39,667 nt of DNA, taken from positions 1 through 39,667 of the forward strand of contig JBJMMA010000193.1 of assembly GCA_045805065.1 (NCBI GenBank), in the 5' to 3' direction. The stretch is from Bdellovibrionia bacterium. Its GTDB lineage: Bacteria > Bdellovibrionota > UBA1018. Positions 36,030 to 39,667 of this stretch are shown in pieces; the first letter of the stretch is position 1, and every line of letters starts with the position of its first letter. A program made the position numbers and the translations under genes. The notes under the pieces are model-generated. The model was given only the letters and a program-made list of their open reading frames with translations, ran no database searches and was not told where the DNA came from.

Positions 36030-38744
36030 ATGTTGATCACCCAAAACAGTACTGAAACTTACGCCAAGCGCGAAGCCGGAGGAAAAGGCTTTAACCTTTA
36101 TCTCCTCTCCAGACAGAACCTTCCGGTTCCTCAATGGATCGTTCTGGGAGCAAGCCTTTTTCGCTCCTATCGCGCAGCCACAGGCCTTGAGCAAAAAATC
36201 GCGGACACGGTCAATCAAGCAAAAACCCAGGATCTTGCTCTGATTGCGTTCAAGGTCCGTGAGATGATTCTTGCGACTCCCTTTCCCAAGGAAGTCGAGC
36301 AAAAAGCCCGTGAAGCCTACCGCGCGCTCGCCAAACCTTTAATCGCCGTTCGCTCTTCGGCCGCAGACGAAGACTCGGCACAGCACTCCTTTGCGGGACA
36401 ACTCTCCACGTTTCTTTACGTAAGAAGCGAAGAGGAAGCGCTCCGTTGCCTGAAAGAGTGCTGGGCATCCGGCTATTCCGAGCGTGGCCTCTCCTATCGC
36501 ATCCAGAACGATATGGATCTCTCTGTCCCTATCCAGGTTGCAGTGATTTTCCAAGAAATGGTCGACAGTGAAAAGAGCGGCGTTCTTTTTACCTGCGATC
36601 CGATCAAAAAAGACGGAACTCGCACCACTATCAACTCGGTCTATGGCGTGGGCGAAGGTCTGGTCTCAGGTCTGCTGGATGCCGACACTTATCTGATTGA
36701 AAAGAAATCTGGCTCCATTGTCTCTCAAGAGCTTGTCAGTAAGAAATCCAAGCTCGTCATGAACATCCAGGCGCCTGAGGCTCACACTCAAGCCGCCGAG
36801 CCAGAGAACACGCACGAGGTACCTGTCGAGACGTCCCTTCAAGATGGCGCTTCACTCACTGAACAGGAATTGAAAACGCTGAACGAACTCGGCGCCAAAG
36901 TCGAAAAGTACTACCGCTTTCCGCAAGACATTGAATGGGGCATGAAAGATGGAAAGCTCTATCTTCTTCAATCCCGCCCGGTCACTACGCCAATCAAGAA
37001 TGAAGAAGGCCTTCTTTACATCTGGGATAACTCGAACATCGTGGAAAGCTATGGCGGCTTGACGCTTCCCCTCACTTTCACTTTTGCCCGCAATGCCTAT
37101 CACTGGGTGTATGTTCAGTTCTGCGAAATCCTTTTGATCCCTCAAAAGGACATCCGCAAGATGGATTACTTCCTGAGAAACATGCTGGGCATGTTCTATG
37201 GACGTGTCTTTTACAACATCCTGAACTGGTACAAGCTCACCTCGATTCTTCCGGGCTTCAAATACAATCGATCCTTCATGGAAACCATGATGGGAACGCA
37301 GCATAGCCTGCAAGATGAAATCGCAGACCGGATCAAGCCTCCAGGCTTTACCGAGACCCTTTCATCGAAGGTCATGCGAACCATCAGCGGACTGAAGTTC
37401 CTTTGGTTCCACTTCACGATTCAATCCATGGTCGATAACTTCTTGGAGTATTTCCATACTGAGTATTCCAAGTATCGTCACATCGAGTACTCCAAGATGC
37501 CCGCAGATGAGATCTGGGCGCTCTATCAAGAAGTCGAGCAAAAGATGCTCATGCGCTGGCATGCTCCGATTGTGAACGACTACCTCTGTATGGTTCACTT
37601 CGGGCTTCTCAAAAAGCTCACCAGCAAATGGCTCAGTCACCTGGGCGATGGCCTGCAAAACGATCTTCTTTGTGGCGAAGGGAAACTTGAGTCCGCAGAA
37701 CCCACGCGTGAGCTGATCCGCATGGCGGCCATGATCTCAAAAGAGCCGGCGCTCAAAACCCTGATCGAATCGACTCCTGCCGAAGACTGCATGGAAGCTC
37801 TCCAGCAATCCTCCCATAAGGAGTTCAAGACACGCGTTGCTCGCTACATCGATCTCTATGGCTTCAGGTGCATGAATGAAATGAAGCTTGAAGAGAAGGA
37901 TCTCTATCAAGATCCATCCTTCCTTTTTGTCTGCCTGAAGAACTATCTGCGGTCCGGCCAAACGGATCTCGAAGGCTATGAGAAGCGCGAAAAAGAAATC
38001 CGTGCGGCTGCCGAAAAGAAAGTTCGCGAGAACTTGGGTGGCTTGAAACTCATGGTCTACAAATGGTCTCTCAAGAACGCTCGCCTGGCCGTGAAGAACC
38101 GCGAGAATACTCGCTTCTGCCGCACCCGGATTTATGGTGTCGCAAGAGCCATGTTTCATGGCATCGGAAAAGACTTCACCGCTCGCGGCATCATCGATGC
38201 TCCGGAAGATATTTTCTATCTTCAAATCGATGAGCTTGCTGGTGCATTGGAAGGCCATTTGACCGTCCAGGAACCAAAACTTCTCGTGGAGCTTCGCAAG
38301 AAGCAATACGAGGGGTACGCTGCAACTGAGCCTGCCTCTCGCTTCATGACTCGTGGACCAGTCTACTGGATGAACGAGCACACCGAGCCTGAACAAGAAG
38401 CGGAAGAAGACACCCACCTTCCTCCGAACACGATGAAGGGCGTCGGTTGCTGCCCTGGCGTGATCGAAGGCACAGTGAAAGTGATTCTATCACCCAAGGA
38501 TAATCTGGAGCTCAATGGCGAGATCTTGGTCACCTTGAGAACCGATCCGGGTTGGATCCCGCTCTATCCTTCAGCTTCTGCGCTTTTGGTGGAGCGTGGC
38601 GGACTGCTTTCTCACTCAGCCATCGTGGCGCGCGAGATGGGTCTTCCGACGATTGTGAGCCTCAAGGGCCTCACTCAGAAGCTCAAGTCCGGAATGCGTG
38701 TCCGCATCAATGGTGAAACCGGAATCGTTACGATCTTGGAATAA
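36030..38744 (+). CDS. PEP-utilising dikinase with rifampin-phosphotransferase-like architecture
   Basis: GGKG, VRSSAADED..HSFAGQ, QDIEW, LQSRP; central substrate domain; C-terminal GGLLSHSAIVARE phospho-His domain. Confidence 0.88.
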   Translation: MLITQNSTETYAKREAGGKGFNLYLLSRQNLPVPQWIVLGASLFRSYRAATGLEQKIADTVNQAKTQDLALIAFKVREMILATPFPKEVEQKAREAYRALAKPLIAVRSSAADEDSAQHSFAGQLSTFLYVRSEEEALRCLKECWASGYSERGLSYRIQNDMDLSVPIQVAVIFQEMVDSEKSGVLFTCDPIKKDGTRTTINSVYGVGEGLVSGLLDADTYLIEKKSGSIVSQELVSKKSKLVMNIQAPEAHTQAAEPENTHEVPVETSLQDGASLTEQELKTLNELGAKVEKYYRFPQDIEWGMKDGKLYLLQSRPVTTPIKNEEGLLYIWDNSNIVESYGGLTLPLTFTFARNAYHWVYVQFCEILLIPQKDIRKMDYFLRNMLGMFYGRVFYNILNWYKLTSILPGFKYNRSFMETMMGTQHSLQDEIADRIKPPGFTETLSSKVMRTISGLKFLWFHFTIQSMVDNFLEYFHTEYSKYRHIEYSKMPADEIWALYQEVEQKMLMRWHAPIVNDYLCMVHFGLLKKLTSKWLSHLGDGLQNDLLCGEGKLESAEPTRELIRMAAMISKEPALKTLIESTPAEDCMEALQQSSHKEFKTRVARYIDLYGFRCMNEMKLEEKDLYQDPSFLFVCLKNYLRSGQTDLEGYEKREKEIRAAAEKKVRENLGGLKLMVYKWSLKNARLAVKNRENTRFCRTRIYGVARAMFHGIGKDFTARGIIDAPEDIFYLQIDELAGALEGHLTVQEPKLLVELRKKQYEGYAATEPASRFMTRGPVYWMNEHTEPEQEAEEDTHLPPNTMKGVGCCPGVIEGTVKVILSPKDNLELNGEILVTLRTDPGWIPLYPSASALLVERGGLLSHSAIVAREMGLPTIVSLKGLTQKLKSGMRVRINGETGIVTILE

Positions 38745-38788
38745 AAAAAGCCGGAAGAGCCCAAGAGATCTTCCGGCTTTTTATTTTT
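38745..38788. terminator. Bidirectional intrinsic terminator
   Basis: AAAAAGCCGGAAGA/TCTTCCGGCTTTTT stem with T/A tracts between convergent genes. Confidence 0.9.
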
Positions 38789-38823
38789 GACGCGCTCCTC
38801 TACCAATTGGAGCCGGATACCTT

Positions 38824-39667
38824 TTATCCGCGCAAGCGGGCAATACGCTCCTCCAGCGGAGGATGCGATGAGAAGAGCTGCAAGAAGGACTTGCCTCCCG
38901 AGATCTTCATTGCCTGAATGGCAGGCTGAGCAGTGGTGTCGTTGAGCTCGTAGGCACGGCGCAAGGCTTCGAGAGCCTGGACCATGTTCTCACGGCCCGC
39001 AAGGCGCGCACCGCCTGCGTCCGCACGGTACTCACGATAACGGGAGAACCAGGCGACAACCATCGAGCCGAGGATCATGAAGATGATCTCAAGCACGAAC
39101 TGCGTGATGTAGAAAATCGGATACGAGAAGTCGTTGCCGCGACGATCATCGCGATCGCCACGAAGAGCGGTTGCCGCAGCAAACGCAAGAACGCGAGCCA
39201 GGAACATGACAAACGCGTTCACAACGCCTTGAAGAAGGGTCATCGTCACCATATCGCCGTTTGCGATGTGGGTGACTTCGTGTCCAAGAACACCTTCCAC
39301 TTCGGCCGTGCTCATACGATTGAGAAGCCCTGTCGAAACCGCAACGAGTGCACGAGACTTGGTCGGGCCGGTCGCAAAAGCGTTGAGCTCAGGAGATTGA
39401 TAAATTCCGACTTCCGGCATGGCAGGAAGATGAGCGGCACGTGCCAGGTTATGAACCATCTGCACGAGTTGTTGAAGATCCGGATCGCGAGTGTTCGGGT
39501 CAACGACCTGAACTCCCATCATCCACTTGGCCATGACACGAGAGAGCGCCAGAGAAATCAGCGCGCCACCCATACCCCAGACCAGGCAGAAGGCCATGAG
39601 CTGGCTGTAGTCGATTCCGTACGCGGTAATGTACCCGTGAATTCCCAGGACATTGAGGATGATCGAA
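38824..39667 (-). CDS. htpX: Zinc metalloprotease HtpX (5'-partial)
   Basis: NAFATG, HEVTH, NGDMVTMTLLQG, SRYREYRAD, SSHPPLEERI; frame open to the window edge. Confidence 0.93.
   Translation of the reverse strand, partial: SIILNVLGIHGYITAYGIDYSQLMAFCLVWGMGGALISLALSRVMAKWMMGVQVVDPNTRDPDLQQLVQMVHNLARAAHLPAMPEVGIYQSPELNAFATGPTKSRALVAVSTGLLNRMSTAEVEGVLGHEVTHIANGDMVTMTLLQGVVNAFVMFLARVLAFAAATALRGDRDDRRGNDFSYPIFYITQFVLEIIFMILGSMVVAWFSRYREYRADAGGARLAGRENMVQALEALRRAYELNDTTAQPAIQAMKISGGKSFLQLFSSHPPLEERIARLRG

Noticed and set aside
36030..38744. Housekeeping ppsA or rifampin-resistance rph
   Set aside because: Domain order is not PpsA, and operon context points to biosynthesis; substrate unverified

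Overview
Gene-dense bacterial chromosomal window. Gene content and FliA-type promoters suggest a Bdellovibrionota-like organism (inference). From left to right: a probable rRNA-operon leader running off the left edge (- strand); a DUF4097-type protein; a ~300-nt terminator-bounded structured RNA carrying a c-di-GMP-I aptamer; queE; tRNA-Cys; a LysR gene divergent from a phage-like hypothetical/fatty-acid desaturase pair; a reversed motB-like/motA-like stator-type pair divergent from an FHA-like/ankyrin membrane protein, with back-to-back sigma28-like promoters; a GT2-DUF2304-MoxR-DUF58-transglutaminase operon; DUF4105/DUF2388 genes; a histidine kinase plus sigma54 activator facing a 62-aa Zn-ribbon microprotein that has a sigma54 promoter and twin UAS; a 9-gene, 12-kb putative lipid biosynthesis operon (DAG-kinase-like, SDR, acyl-ACP-reductase-like, BtaA-like, formyltransferase, hydrolase, OleC-like ligase, UbiA-like, PEP-utilising kinase); and a partial htpX. 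No CRISPR array, integrase or transposase was seen. All family calls come from motif recognition, not database searches.
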